A stretch of DNA of 64,000 nucleotides from Moorena producens. GTDB taxonomy: Bacteria; Cyanobacteriota; Cyanobacteriia; Cyanobacteriales; Coleofasciculaceae. The first letter of the stretch is position 1. The number at the start of each line of letters is the position of its first letter. The notes under the pieces were generated by a model. It saw nothing but the letters and a program-made list of their open reading frames with translations. It made no database searches and was not told where the DNA came from. Both the position numbers and the translations under genes were made by a program. The stretch lies in the NCBI RefSeq assembly GCF_965240435.1, contig NZ_CBDEKO010000003.1; one strand, 5' to 3'. Below, in pieces: positions 39,097-48,919 of this stretch.

Positions 39097-40404
39097 TTAT
39101 AGATGTTGGCGGAAATACTTAGAATATAAGTCGCAGCGAGGCTTGACATCGTTACCTTCAAGTATTACTAACCCAAGGCTTTGTAACTTAAAGCCTTGGG
39201 TTGCTTCTAATTGCACAGGTTGAGTAACCTCAACAACCTTTTTCATCGCTGTAGCCAGTTCTGGATACTGTCGTAAATTACACAAATGTCCGCGCAGATG
39301 ACTGCTGTAAATTCCTGATTCTGTGTGTGCAGTTTGCAGGAATCCTTCAAAAGTGATTTCCTGATTGGTTAGACAATAGATGGCTCGCTGTACCCGATAA
39401 GGATGACCTCCTACCAAGGACATGAGTTGGTTAACTTGTGAACTGTCCCAATCGAGTCCCTGCCGCTTGCCTAAATCCTGTACCTGTTCTTGGCTAAACT
39501 CTGGTAAGTCTATTGCTATTCCAACATTGAAGGGGGAATGATTGAGATTGAGGGGAATATAAACTTCTGTGGAGTGGGCAACAATTAAGCGCAATTTTTG
39601 CCAGAGTGGGCGACTCTTAGCTTTCTCATGCCAAGCTCTCAACATCCCCAAAAAGTCCCCAGCAAAGGGAACTCCAAAAACCCGATCTACTTCATCTATG
39701 ACTAAAACCAGAGGACTATTTATTTGAGTCAACAGATGTTGCTCAAAATAAAGGGTGCAGTTATAGCTGCTACCGAAACCCTCCTCCCAGTAATCCGCCA
39801 GTTGCGTCGGTAATCCTAACTGCCGACAAACTACAACACAAAACCAGCGCAAGAATTCATCTAGCCCTTGCAAAACTGCTCCATCTGCCAGCAAGAGGCT
39901 CAAGGACACTGTACGATAATTGTGCTTGAGTGCCTTGGCTAGAATCCGATCAATTAACCAGGTCTTACCCATCCGCTTAGAACCTTTAATGCGCAGTAGG
40001 GAACCTGGCTGTTTGATAGTTTTAAAGCACCGAGATTCGATGGGAGGTCGCTCGACGTAGTTGGGAACCTCTGGTTCTACTTCAATCTCAGCAAGTGCCA
40101 GTGTAGCTTCTTCACATTCCGCTTCCCTGCCTAGGGAGGTGTCTTCAGTGCTGTTATCATCAAAATCGGCTATTTTTTCCCAGTCTTGAGCCAATCGGCT
40201 GCAAATTTCCCAAAAATTCAAATAATCGACAGGTCTGCCATTGAGAAAATTACTCACAGTGGATAAAGATAGCTGTAAATCTTGTGCTAGGTCTTGCTGG
40301 CGTGCAAAGCGATGACGCCTGAGAGCTGATTTGACTTGTTTAATGTACTGGGGAGCAACTTTGAGCGACCTTGACATGGCGCATAATTGAGCAACTTTTC
40401 TCAA
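39097..40404 (-). CDS. HTH (XRE-like) + AAA-like domain NTPase
   Basis: ORF track 435 aa. N-terminal HTH DLAQDLQLSLSTVSNFLNG. GSKRMGKTWL Walker A-like and LVLVIDEVDRV Walker B. Same AAA-like family as the N-terminus of the downstream giant gene. A 61-bp gap suggests an operon. Confidence 0.75.
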   Translation of the reverse strand: MRKVAQLCAMSRSLKVAPQYIKQVKSALRRHRFARQQDLAQDLQLSLSTVSNFLNGRPVDYLNFWEICSRLAQDWEKIADFDDNSTEDTSLGREAECEEATLALAEIEVEPEVPNYVERPPIESRCFKTIKQPGSLLRIKGSKRMGKTWLIDRILAKALKHNYRTVSLSLLLADGAVLQGLDEFLRWFCVVVCRQLGLPTQLADYWEEGFGSSYNCTLYFEQHLLTQINSPLVLVIDEVDRVFGVPFAGDFLGMLRAWHEKAKSRPLWQKLRLIVAHSTEVYIPLNLNHSPFNVGIAIDLPEFSQEQVQDLGKRQGLDWDSSQVNQLMSLVGGHPYRVQRAIYCLTNQEITFEGFLQTAHTESGIYSSHLRGHLCNLRQYPELATAMKKVVEVTQPVQLEATQGFKLQSLGLVILEGNDVKPRCDLYSKYFRQHL

Positions 40405-40939
40405 ATCATAGCTTTCTTTCCCAGTCTCTCTGGGTAAGTAAATAAAAAGTCACTAATAAGTCAGTTATCAGTAAAAGGTTCCTAGAAACTTGGCCTATTT
40501 TAATGGTTTCCTGGCTTTCAACTCAAAATTTTCACCAGAAGTGTTTGAGAAAGTCCGGGATAGATCAGGTGATCGTGGGGTAATTTGGTGAGTTTAGGCT
40601 TTTTGTTAGATACTAATGATATAGTTAATGTGCTTTCTGACCCTTTGTGACTACAGTTCTGAGTGCTGAGTAAGAACTATCAGTGCTATGGCAAAGCCTT
40701 AGTTAGAATAATCCTTAAGATTAACCCTAGGAATTGGTATCAACAAGCACATCTTAAAGGAAAATTTTGTGGTATTGCTCTCATATCCCCTTAAACCGAG
40801 TAAATGTCACTCACTCTCTAGAATCCGGTGGTTGACAAATCCCGAGGGTGGGGATAAGCAAAATACTCGACTTAAAGTGTAAGCTAATTGGAAAAGCAAT
40901 CAAGTCCATTAGCAGGTCTTTGGGTCATAGATATCGACA

Positions 40940-43900
40940 ATGGCTAAGAAGTACTGGGAATTTCTACTACAGAAAGAGGGGGAGCGCTCCTGGAAGCCAA
41001 TCAAGTCTTCTGAGATTGAGATTGAATCTGGTCGGTATCGGATAGTGGCTCGTTCCAACCTGCCCAATACTGATGTAGAAATTTGCGTCACCTATGATAG
41101 CAAAGAGCAAGTGCCACCCAGACGTAAGTCCCAGAGGCGATGGCGTCGCACCAACTCAGAAGGGTTAATGGTGGTGATTCCTTTCACCAAGCTTAAACCT
41201 GGTCTGTGGAAGTTACGTTGCAGTAACGATATCATGGACGATTTTATGGGTCAGTCCTGGCGAAAATCCTTAGGGCTACAAGTTATACCCAAAGTCAAAG
41301 ATGTAGAGACACCCCCTAAAACCTCTGTATCCACCCCAGTAGAATCCACCCCAGTAGAATCCACCCCAGTAGAATCCACCCCAGTAGAATCCACCCCAGT
41401 AGAATCCACCCAAACTGATACTCAGCCGCCTCAACTAGACAATTCACTGACTACACCTGAGCTAGCTGTTGATTCTGCCTCCACCAATACTATTACTAAT
41501 GACCTGAAAGCAACAGATGCTAGTTCAGATGCTAGTTCAGATGCTAGTTCAGAGTTTTCTAACCCTCAGGACTACCAGAGTGAGATCACACCACCAGAAG
41601 AACAACCCATAACCATTGCTGCGCCAGAGTTACTTGACCAAGCAAAAGCAGCAATGGGGGTTAGCCAAGAGGAATCTAGTCCTAGTCAAGAGACGGTTTG
41701 GCAAGGGGTAGAAGAGGTTGACCCAAAGGCACCTGTTAATCCTGAAACCAACCAACAACCAACAGCAACTATCTCCCAAGACTTACCACTCCAATCGACT
41801 GTTGATAATTCCATCATGGAAGAATCTCTGGAGACTTTGGAGCAACTACTACAACAGGTGCTTCAGCCAGTATTGGATGAGTTGGAAGATCGGGACTCTG
41901 AAGATAACCAACAGCTAAGAAAAACCTCTGATTTAGATTGGGTTTCAGATACACAGGTTAATCAGTACGGTTTAACCCTAAGACTAGATAAGGATATTTT
42001 CCTGGCAAGGCGAGGAGAGTCGTTGACTATCAAAGGGGAATTGGTAGTAGATAATGATAAAATTAATAAGAATGGTGATAGTATAACAGTTAGTGTTTTA
42101 GATAGTGTTCTAGAAAACTTATTCCCTGCTACTCTACGCTATCAATTGCGGTTTCCTCAAACAGGAAAACGTTTGTTAGATATTGAGTACTCCCTATCTC
42201 AAGAGGAGTTATTTTTAGGATTTAGCCATAGTATAGATATTCCGACGGATTGTAAAAGTGGTCTAATTTTAGGAAAAATAACCCTTTATAATTCACAGTC
42301 AACTCCTTTAGCCACTCAACAATTTACTGTTACAGCTAATGTAGAGGATTTATTAGAAGTAATTGTGCCAGGGAATCAGGGGATGCCAATGGAAACCATG
42401 GTAGTACTGGCTAATCGGATCGCTGAATCTGCAAAATCTGATCAACCTGATCAAGAACTTCTCTTCTTAGATGAAGACCCCTTAGAGGAGACTACGCTGG
42501 ATCTGGTTGAGCTACCTCAAAACCATCCATCTCTGTTCTTGCAACCGATCTCTGGACGGTCTTTACCACCAAAACTTTACCACCATCAGCCGAGTGATAT
42601 AACTGTTAAATCCCTCGAATTGCCCAGTTTGCCTACAATGCAGTCGGTTGCTGACTCTGGAGCACAGGGCCAAGACCTCCAAGATCAGTCTAAAGCATCT
42701 GATTCAGTTTCCCTAGATGATCAAGAATCCTCCACTACAGCCAATCCAGAACTAGATAATCGAGAGCAAGATACTGGGTCAGAGTTACAGCCTCAAGACA
42801 CAGTGCTTCAAGACACAGTGCTTCAAGACACAGTAGTTCAAGACACAGTAGTTCAAGACACAGTAATTCAAGACACAGTAGAACAGTCGGAAGATAGTTC
42901 AGAAGATACTAATGACGATAGTAATTTACAGATAAAGTCTGAGGTCTTATCTAATTATAATGATGCTTCTGAAGTGCTGATTAATTCCCTAACGGAATCT
43001 GAGGGAATCCAAAATCTTGAGATTAGTGAGATTGATAAATCTGAAACAGATGATCAGTTAGAGGATTCACAATCGGTTAATACCCAGTTCAAGAATTCCA
43101 AGGTAAACCAATTATTGAATACTACTCGGTGGGAGACTCGAGATTCTGTAAAAGATCCTGAGTCAATCGCTTTAGAAGAAGCTTTCCGAGCTTTAAACAT
43201 GGAAGAGCGTTTTTGGTCACGGTTGAGTGCTTTAGCTGAAGATCATGAATTGATGGAATTGCTGAGGTTAGAATTATCCCCAGAGAGTAATCCTCCTGGG
43301 CAAGATCACTCATCAGTGACAAACGAACAGAGCAATAAAACGGCTAGCAACGAAGAAGAGGTTAGGGAATTTCCAGAAAAGGTCTTGGAGTCAATGACAG
43401 AATCTGAGGATTTGTCGCTAGTTAGTTCAGAATTAGCAATGCCAGAAACACCCCCTAAAGTTGGTATTACTAGTCACGATTGGACGACTCAGGAAATTGT
43501 AGTGGATGATCGAGAAATAGCCCCACAACCGACAAAAGCTACTGCAACCAAGCAACATGACGTTAAGGCTAAACTGGATAATCTTTCATCCCTAGAGTTG
43601 GATGCGACCTTAGCAGCACCGACTTTATCAATACCGACTACTAGGGACTTGGTTGCTGGAGAAAAGGTAATGGTAACCATAAAACTTCCTCCTAGTCAAT
43701 CTCGCTTATGTATTAAATTGTGGGTTAAAGACGTCCAAACTCGCTCTCTGCTCCAGGAAACCCGTTCTATTATAGATTTACTCCCCAATGCGGCTGGGGA
43801 GCTGGAGGCAATGACTCAATTAGTTATACCCCAAGGCACGACTCAAATTAGAATAGAAGCGATCGCAATTAATTTGGAAAATCAGCAGGAGAGTCACAAG

Positions 43901-43957
43901 GCGGAGTTGGAGTGTGTAGTTATTCCTACTGACTTATCGAGTACGGTTGAAGGATGA
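40940..43957 (+). CDS. Large acidic low-complexity protein with pentapeptide tandem repeats, unknown function
   Basis: ORF track 1005 aa. Structured basic N-terminal ~115 aa. (STPVE)x5, (SDAS)x3, (QDTV[LVI])x6. Globular-looking C-terminal ~120 aa. No signal peptide. Confidence 0.55.
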   Translation: MAKKYWEFLLQKEGERSWKPIKSSEIEIESGRYRIVARSNLPNTDVEICVTYDSKEQVPPRRKSQRRWRRTNSEGLMVVIPFTKLKPGLWKLRCSNDIMDDFMGQSWRKSLGLQVIPKVKDVETPPKTSVSTPVESTPVESTPVESTPVESTPVESTQTDTQPPQLDNSLTTPELAVDSASTNTITNDLKATDASSDASSDASSEFSNPQDYQSEITPPEEQPITIAAPELLDQAKAAMGVSQEESSPSQETVWQGVEEVDPKAPVNPETNQQPTATISQDLPLQSTVDNSIMEESLETLEQLLQQVLQPVLDELEDRDSEDNQQLRKTSDLDWVSDTQVNQYGLTLRLDKDIFLARRGESLTIKGELVVDNDKINKNGDSITVSVLDSVLENLFPATLRYQLRFPQTGKRLLDIEYSLSQEELFLGFSHSIDIPTDCKSGLILGKITLYNSQSTPLATQQFTVTANVEDLLEVIVPGNQGMPMETMVVLANRIAESAKSDQPDQELLFLDEDPLEETTLDLVELPQNHPSLFLQPISGRSLPPKLYHHQPSDITVKSLELPSLPTMQSVADSGAQGQDLQDQSKASDSVSLDDQESSTTANPELDNREQDTGSELQPQDTVLQDTVLQDTVVQDTVVQDTVIQDTVEQSEDSSEDTNDDSNLQIKSEVLSNYNDASEVLINSLTESEGIQNLEISEIDKSETDDQLEDSQSVNTQFKNSKVNQLLNTTRWETRDSVKDPESIALEEAFRALNMEERFWSRLSALAEDHELMELLRLELSPESNPPGQDHSSVTNEQSNKTASNEEEVREFPEKVLESMTESEDLSLVSSELAMPETPPKVGITSHDWTTQEIVVDDREIAPQPTKATATKQHDVKAKLDNLSSLELDATLAAPTLSIPTTRDLVAGEKVMVTIKLPPSQSRLCIKLWVKDVQTRSLLQETRSIIDLLPNAAGELEAMTQLVIPQGTTQIRIEAIAINLENQQESHKAELECVVIPTDLSSTVEG

Positions 43958-44011
43958 AGTATTTTATAGCAATTATCATAGCTATGAGGTTAACAATTTC
44001 TGGATTTTAGG

Positions 44012-44060
44012 GAACAGGGAATCGGGAATCGGGAATCGGGAATCGGGAATCGGGAATCGG
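44012..44060. repeat. Heptamer tandem repeat (GGGAATC)x7
   Basis: Read directly. A candidate terminator hairpin ggtaaaaaattctttttacc follows (44059-44078). Confidence 0.85.
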
Positions 44061-44096
44061 TAAAAAATTCTTTTTACCTCATAGGTATGAAAAATG

Positions 44097-44477
44097 CTAT
44101 ACTGGTGATTCAATGTCGTTTTGTTCAATATAATTCAGTAACCAGTTTGCGGCTGTGGCTCTGCGAGTTTGTCGAGGACCAAATTCTCCGATTTTGTAAC
44201 CTTTGAAACCTAATTTTTTTTTCAATAGCTGTTTATTTTCTTTGGGTATTGAACGGGTTAGTTTTACCGTAGCAGGGCGGCTTTCGATGAAATTAGGTGG
44301 CTCGGGATAGTCTTCTTGCCATTCAGGATTAACCTCAGTTATATCCCACTGCCCGGTAGTTGAGTTATAACGATAACCGAGATAGTACCAGAGAATTTTG
44401 TTAACGGTATCGTCATCAAGTTCTTCGTTTAAAATAGACCAAATTGTATTAGTATTGAGTGGCGGTAGTTCAAACAT
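44097..44477 (-). CDS. Conserved hypothetical protein (DUF1823-like)
   Basis: ORF track 126 aa. From memory, resembles a small conserved cyanobacterial family. Confidence 0.4.
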   Translation of the reverse strand: MFELPPLNTNTIWSILNEELDDDTVNKILWYYLGYRYNSTTGQWDITEVNPEWQEDYPEPPNFIESRPATVKLTRSIPKENKQLLKKKLGFKGYKIGEFGPRQTRRATAANWLLNYIEQNDIESPV

Positions 44478-44612
44478 AATTGAATTATAAATTAGGAATT
44501 ATCAAGGATTAAGTAGATTCTAGATACAGTTAGACTATCTGGGCTTCTTCACCTGTATCCTAGTACTTCTGGCGAAATAATGGTAATGGTTGGGGATTGA
44601 AGCTGTATCGCT

Positions 44613-45533
44613 ATGAAAATTATAAAGCAGCCGCTGCGGTGGCAGGTGGGATTGGTTTTCTTGGCTGGTGTGTTGGCGATTTCCACATCAGCTATTTTTG
44701 CGCGATTAGCGATCGCATCGGCTGGAGTGAGTGGGGTAGGGTTTAGCCTGTTCGTAGCTGGGTCTCGCCTTACTATTGCGTCTATGCTACTGTTACCAGC
44801 TTGGGGCAATCTCAGGCAAGGTCAGCTAGGTCCAGGTGCATTACTCTATGCCAGTGGGGCTGGTGTTTGTTTAGCGCTACACTTTGTGACTTGGATTACT
44901 TCCTTGTCTTTTACTTCCATTGCGGCATCTACTACCTTAGTTACCACAACTCCGATTTGGGTTGCTCTAGTTTCTTGGCTCTGGTTGAAGGAAAAACTAA
45001 CTAGGCTGACGGTTTTGGGAATTGGTGTGGCCTTTGTAGGTGCTGTGCTGATTAGTTTGGGGGATGGGGGTGCTCTCAGTGGTGGGAGTAATCCTCTGTT
45101 GGGGAATTCTCTAGCATTGATGGCAGCAGTGATAGCAAGTTTGTATGTACTTTGGGGACGTGAAGCACAGCAACGGGGTTTGAGTCTCGGTAGCTATAGT
45201 GCTGTCGCCTACAGTATGGGGGCGTTGGTGTTGTTGCTATTATCCTTACTCTGGGGTGTCAGTTATCTCAATTATCCAGTAGAAGTTTACGTCTACATCT
45301 TGTTATTAGCGCTTTTCCCCCAAATGGTAGGACATACCAGTTTTAACTGGTTGGTACGCTGGATTAATCCTACCCTGGTGACCCTAGCTATTTTGTTTGA
45401 ACCCGTTGGTGCTTGTTTTTTGGGCTATCTGGTTTTTCAGGAAGTGCCAGGGGTATTGGTGCTGCTAGGTGCCATGGTGTTGTTAGTTGGGGTGGCCGTA
45501 GCGGTTTATGGGGCTAATTTAAAAAAAGGTTGA
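44613..45533 (+). CDS. EamA/DMT-superfamily transporter
   Basis: ORF track 306 aa. Ten hydrophobic segments in two EamA-like halves. Confidence 0.75.
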   Translation: MKIIKQPLRWQVGLVFLAGVLAISTSAIFARLAIASAGVSGVGFSLFVAGSRLTIASMLLLPAWGNLRQGQLGPGALLYASGAGVCLALHFVTWITSLSFTSIAASTTLVTTTPIWVALVSWLWLKEKLTRLTVLGIGVAFVGAVLISLGDGGALSGGSNPLLGNSLALMAAVIASLYVLWGREAQQRGLSLGSYSAVAYSMGALVLLLLSLLWGVSYLNYPVEVYVYILLLALFPQMVGHTSFNWLVRWINPTLVTLAILFEPVGACFLGYLVFQEVPGVLVLLGAMVLLVGVAVAVYGANLKKG

Positions 45534-45639
45534 AGGTTAGTTGGCCTTTCAGCCACGGGTGGCCGAAAGGCCAAGGTTAGTTGAAGGATTTCAGCTTGCA
45601 TGTCACGCCCCCCAGGTCTGTAAGAGACTAACCAGAATT

Positions 45640-45786
45640 AAAAGGAATAGGTATTCTGAGCTACTAAGGGGTTACTGGCGCACGGAACAAGAATATAAGG
45701 ATTTATTTGCAGCGAGTGGTTTTAAAATACCACCAGTCGTTTATACTTATAAAAGTCTAATAGTGATAGAGTTTAGCCTCCAATAA
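45640..45786 (+). pseudogene. C-terminal remnant of a family-2 O-methyltransferase gene
   Basis: ...ELLRGYWRTEQEYKDLFAASGFKIPPVVYTYKSLIVIEFSLQ matches the conserved O-MTase C-terminus (ERTExEWxxLFxxAGF...SLIExxP). No upstream MTase body; the listed ORF's N-terminus is translation of a palindromic repeat. Confidence 0.35.
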
Positions 45787-45855
45787 AGAGGTTTTTTAGC
45801 TTAACTTTCAGGTAAAAAATCTGGGAGTGCTTAACTATTAGTTAATGTACTACAA

Positions 45856-46332
45856 TTGCCCAGAATTAGGAGAACTAAAAAAGAAATGAAACAAATGATT
45901 AAAGCTGGTTTTATAACATTAGTAACCTGTATGCTATTGCTAACGATCAATACCATGAATGCCCTGGCGATTAGTGAAACTGAGATGGAAATATGTGACT
46001 TAACTCTACACTCATTTTGTGACCGTAATCTGTTACCGACGCAATATGTGGAACTTATTGCTCCCTCTAACCACATCTCATTTCTTCTTTTGAAAAATGA
46101 TGCTCCAGGAAATAGAAACGGCCACATAGAAAATGATGATGATTCGGTTACTTACAGCGCTAGCGAAAAAACCACTTACTTAGCAACTTTTTCGAATAGT
46201 GAAGACATAACAAAAAGGCTGAAAATATCCAACACTGATGCTATAACAGAGTCTCCGCAGCATTGGACATTTTATCATAGACCCGCACAAGTGGTAAAAT
46301 TGATTAACGTATTTGCTGCCAATAAAAATTAA
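45856..46332 (+). CDS. Hypothetical secreted protein (AT-rich gene)
   Basis: The probable start is the internal M (MKQMIKAGFITLVTCMLLLTINTMNALA signal peptide). Local GC is visibly lower than surrounding genes. Confidence 0.4.
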   Translation: MPRIRRTKKEMKQMIKAGFITLVTCMLLLTINTMNALAISETEMEICDLTLHSFCDRNLLPTQYVELIAPSNHISFLLLKNDAPGNRNGHIENDDDSVTYSASEKTTYLATFSNSEDITKRLKISNTDAITESPQHWTFYHRPAQVVKLINVFAANKN

Positions 46333-46653
46333 GAAATTCGGGAGCACCCATTTGGTAGAATATATCTTTTTAGATGGGCATTAACATAGCGTTCATACAG
46401 CTTAATGTGGTATGTTTATTCCAAATAGGGATGCTCCTAGAAAGTCTGCCATGACTCAGTAAGCTCTAAACGTAAAGGGTTTCCGGCTATTTAGTCACCT
46501 CTTCAGAGGTCTGACAGAATCTGGCAAAGTGGTATTTTAAAAATATACGTAGTAATGTAAAAAATAAGTCGTCATAACAAGTAATTTAGATATGAGTACC
46601 TAGAAAGGGGGATTGAGTTAAAAGCCAATTATTGTTCCTTTTCCCTTTCCCCA

Positions 46654-47952
46654 ATGAACAGTAAACTACTACAACAAGTCCGCGTTTTAGACCCAGTTTC
46701 TGGAATTGACCAAGTCGCTGATGTGCTGATTACTGATGGTGTAATCACGGCAGTGGAAAGTCAAATCAAGGAAATCTCTGGCGATACAGTGGTGCAAGAT
46801 TGTCAGGGACACATTTTAGGACCAGGACTAGTAGACCTCTACAGCCATTCTGGTGCACCAGGACATGAGCAGCGGGAAACCTGGTCTTCACTACTGGCAG
46901 CAGCGGCAAATGGAGGCTTTACTCGCTTAGCCATTTTGCCTGACACTAACCCCCCCCTAGACAATGCTGCTGTTTTAGCACAACGGCAAGAACTCCAAAA
47001 CTCTCCCTATATCAGCCTCCCCCCTTCCTCACCTCAACTCTATCACTGGGGTGCCTTCACCATCGGGTTAGAAGGACAGCAAATGACTGAATTAGCCGAA
47101 CTCGCTTTAGGGGGAGTAGTGGGCTTTACGGATGAAGGTCCTTTATGTAATTTAGGGCTAGTTCGACGGTTGTTGGAATACCTACAACCCTTGGGTAAAC
47201 CAGTAGCACTTTGGGCTTGTGACCCTAAGTTGGCAAATGGGGGAGTGATGCGAGAAGGTATCCAGTCGATTGGTTTGGGTTTACCAGGGAATCCTGCGAT
47301 CGCAGAATCATCCGCTATCGCTGCCTTATTAGAAGTCGTAGCAACAACTGGCACGCCAGTCCATCTGATGCGTATCTCCACCAGTCGCGCTGTCCAATTG
47401 ATTGAATCAGCCAAAGCAGCGGGATTGCCAGTAACAGCCAGTACCACTTGGATGCATCTATTGCTCAATACTGAAGACTTATGCAGTTACAACTCCAATT
47501 TGCGCTTGGAACCGCCGTTGGGAAACCCAGTTGACCAAGCCGCACTGATCCGAGGTGTTCGGGAGGGGATTATTGATGCGATCGCAATTGACCACGCTCC
47601 CTACACTTATGAAGAAAAAACCGTTGCCTTTGCGGAAGCACCACCAGGAGTGATTGGTTTAGAGCTAGTCCTACCCCTACTCTGGCATACTCTAGTCGAG
47701 ACAGGGGATTGGTCAGCCTTAGAACTTTGGAAAAGTCTTAGCACAAATCCTGCTATTTGTCTACAGCAAGACCCCCCTAGCACTGCTCCTGGTCAATCGG
47801 CTGAGTTAGTCTTATTCAATCCTCAATCCCCTTGGATTGTTCACCAAAAAAACCTCAAATCCCTTTCTCTTAATACCCCCTGGCTAGGGCAAGAATTAAT
47901 TGGTCGTGTCGTGCAAACTTGGTGTCCAGCAAGTCGGAAATATGAACTATGA
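46654..47952 (+). CDS. Dihydroorotase-family (cyclic amidohydrolase) protein, possibly non-catalytic PyrC-like
   Basis: ORF track 432 aa. DHOase-like layout, but the first metal-binding motif reads DLYSHSG instead of DxHxH. DHAPY is present. Confidence 0.65.
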   Translation: MNSKLLQQVRVLDPVSGIDQVADVLITDGVITAVESQIKEISGDTVVQDCQGHILGPGLVDLYSHSGAPGHEQRETWSSLLAAAANGGFTRLAILPDTNPPLDNAAVLAQRQELQNSPYISLPPSSPQLYHWGAFTIGLEGQQMTELAELALGGVVGFTDEGPLCNLGLVRRLLEYLQPLGKPVALWACDPKLANGGVMREGIQSIGLGLPGNPAIAESSAIAALLEVVATTGTPVHLMRISTSRAVQLIESAKAAGLPVTASTTWMHLLLNTEDLCSYNSNLRLEPPLGNPVDQAALIRGVREGIIDAIAIDHAPYTYEEKTVAFAEAPPGVIGLELVLPLLWHTLVETGDWSALELWKSLSTNPAICLQQDPPSTAPGQSAELVLFNPQSPWIVHQKNLKSLSLNTPWLGQELIGRVVQTWCPASRKYEL

Positions 47953-47964
47953 AGTACTGAGACT

Positions 47965-48591
47965 TCATAAGCCAGTTGGCTGATTCAACCCTTCAGGGTA
48001 ACTCGGATTTGGGTTCAATTTCCCCATCCGATTTAACGGCCAAAACCGCACTACCGCACGACCGATAATTTTGTCACGAGGGACAAAGCCCCAGTGGTGA
48101 GAGTCGTAACTATTGTTACGGTTATCTCCCAGTACTAGGTATTGATCTGCTGGTACTGTTGCCGGTCCAAAATCGTACTGTGGTGCTTCTTCGATATACT
48201 TTTCCTCTATTTCTTGATCATTGATATAAACTCGACCATTTTTAACCAAAACTTTGTCACCGGGTAACCCAATTACGCGCTTGATAAAAGCATCTTTGAA
48301 ATTTTGCTCTTTCAGCCTTTCAGTGGGAGCAAATACCACAATTTCTCCTCGTTGTGGGTCTTGGAAAAAGCGATAACTTAACTTATCAATAATTAGGCGG
48401 TCATTAATCTGTAATGTCGGTAGCATTGATCCTGATGGGATGTATCGCGCTTCTGCCACAAACGTGCGAATACCAAAGGCAAGAACAGCACTCAAGGTAA
48501 TCGTTTTAATCCCTTCTACCCAAGCATTGTCTTTAGAAGGCTGTGTAGGTTTTTTTTCTGGTCTTTTATCTGGTACACGACTCATATCCAT
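47965..48591 (-). CDS. lepB: Signal peptidase I
   Basis: ORF track 208 aa. SGSMLPTL (catalytic Ser), the K region, and [14 protein letters not shown] box E. Confidence 0.85.
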   Translation of the reverse strand: MDMSRVPDKRPEKKPTQPSKDNAWVEGIKTITLSAVLAFGIRTFVAEARYIPSGSMLPTLQINDRLIIDKLSYRFFQDPQRGEIVVFAPTERLKEQNFKDAFIKRVIGLPGDKVLVKNGRVYINDQEIEEKYIEEAPQYDFGPATVPADQYLVLGDNRNNSYDSHHWGFVPRDKIIGRAVVRFWPLNRMGKLNPNPSYPEGLNQPTGL

Positions 48592-48919
48592 TCAACTACT
48601 ACCGATACACAAGATTGAGGAAATTTCAACAAATAGCTGATTGGGAAATTATCAGCAAATTTAACAGCAAATTTAACAGCAAATTTAAACGTCTGGGGTT
48701 TTGTAGCTAGATCTTAAAAATTTAAAGTTAGTAGGGCAGCCTAAATCAAAATTATGTAAAGTTTTGTCAAAAATGTCAATTTGGCAGGACAACCCTGCTT
48801 TTTTGTGCCATGGTGGTAGGTTAGCTGCGGTTGTCTGTATTTAGCTATATCTCAGGTTTGTATCTACTGTATCTACCTAGACACCGAGCAGGGACACTGT
48901 CAAATTTTAACATCCTCCT

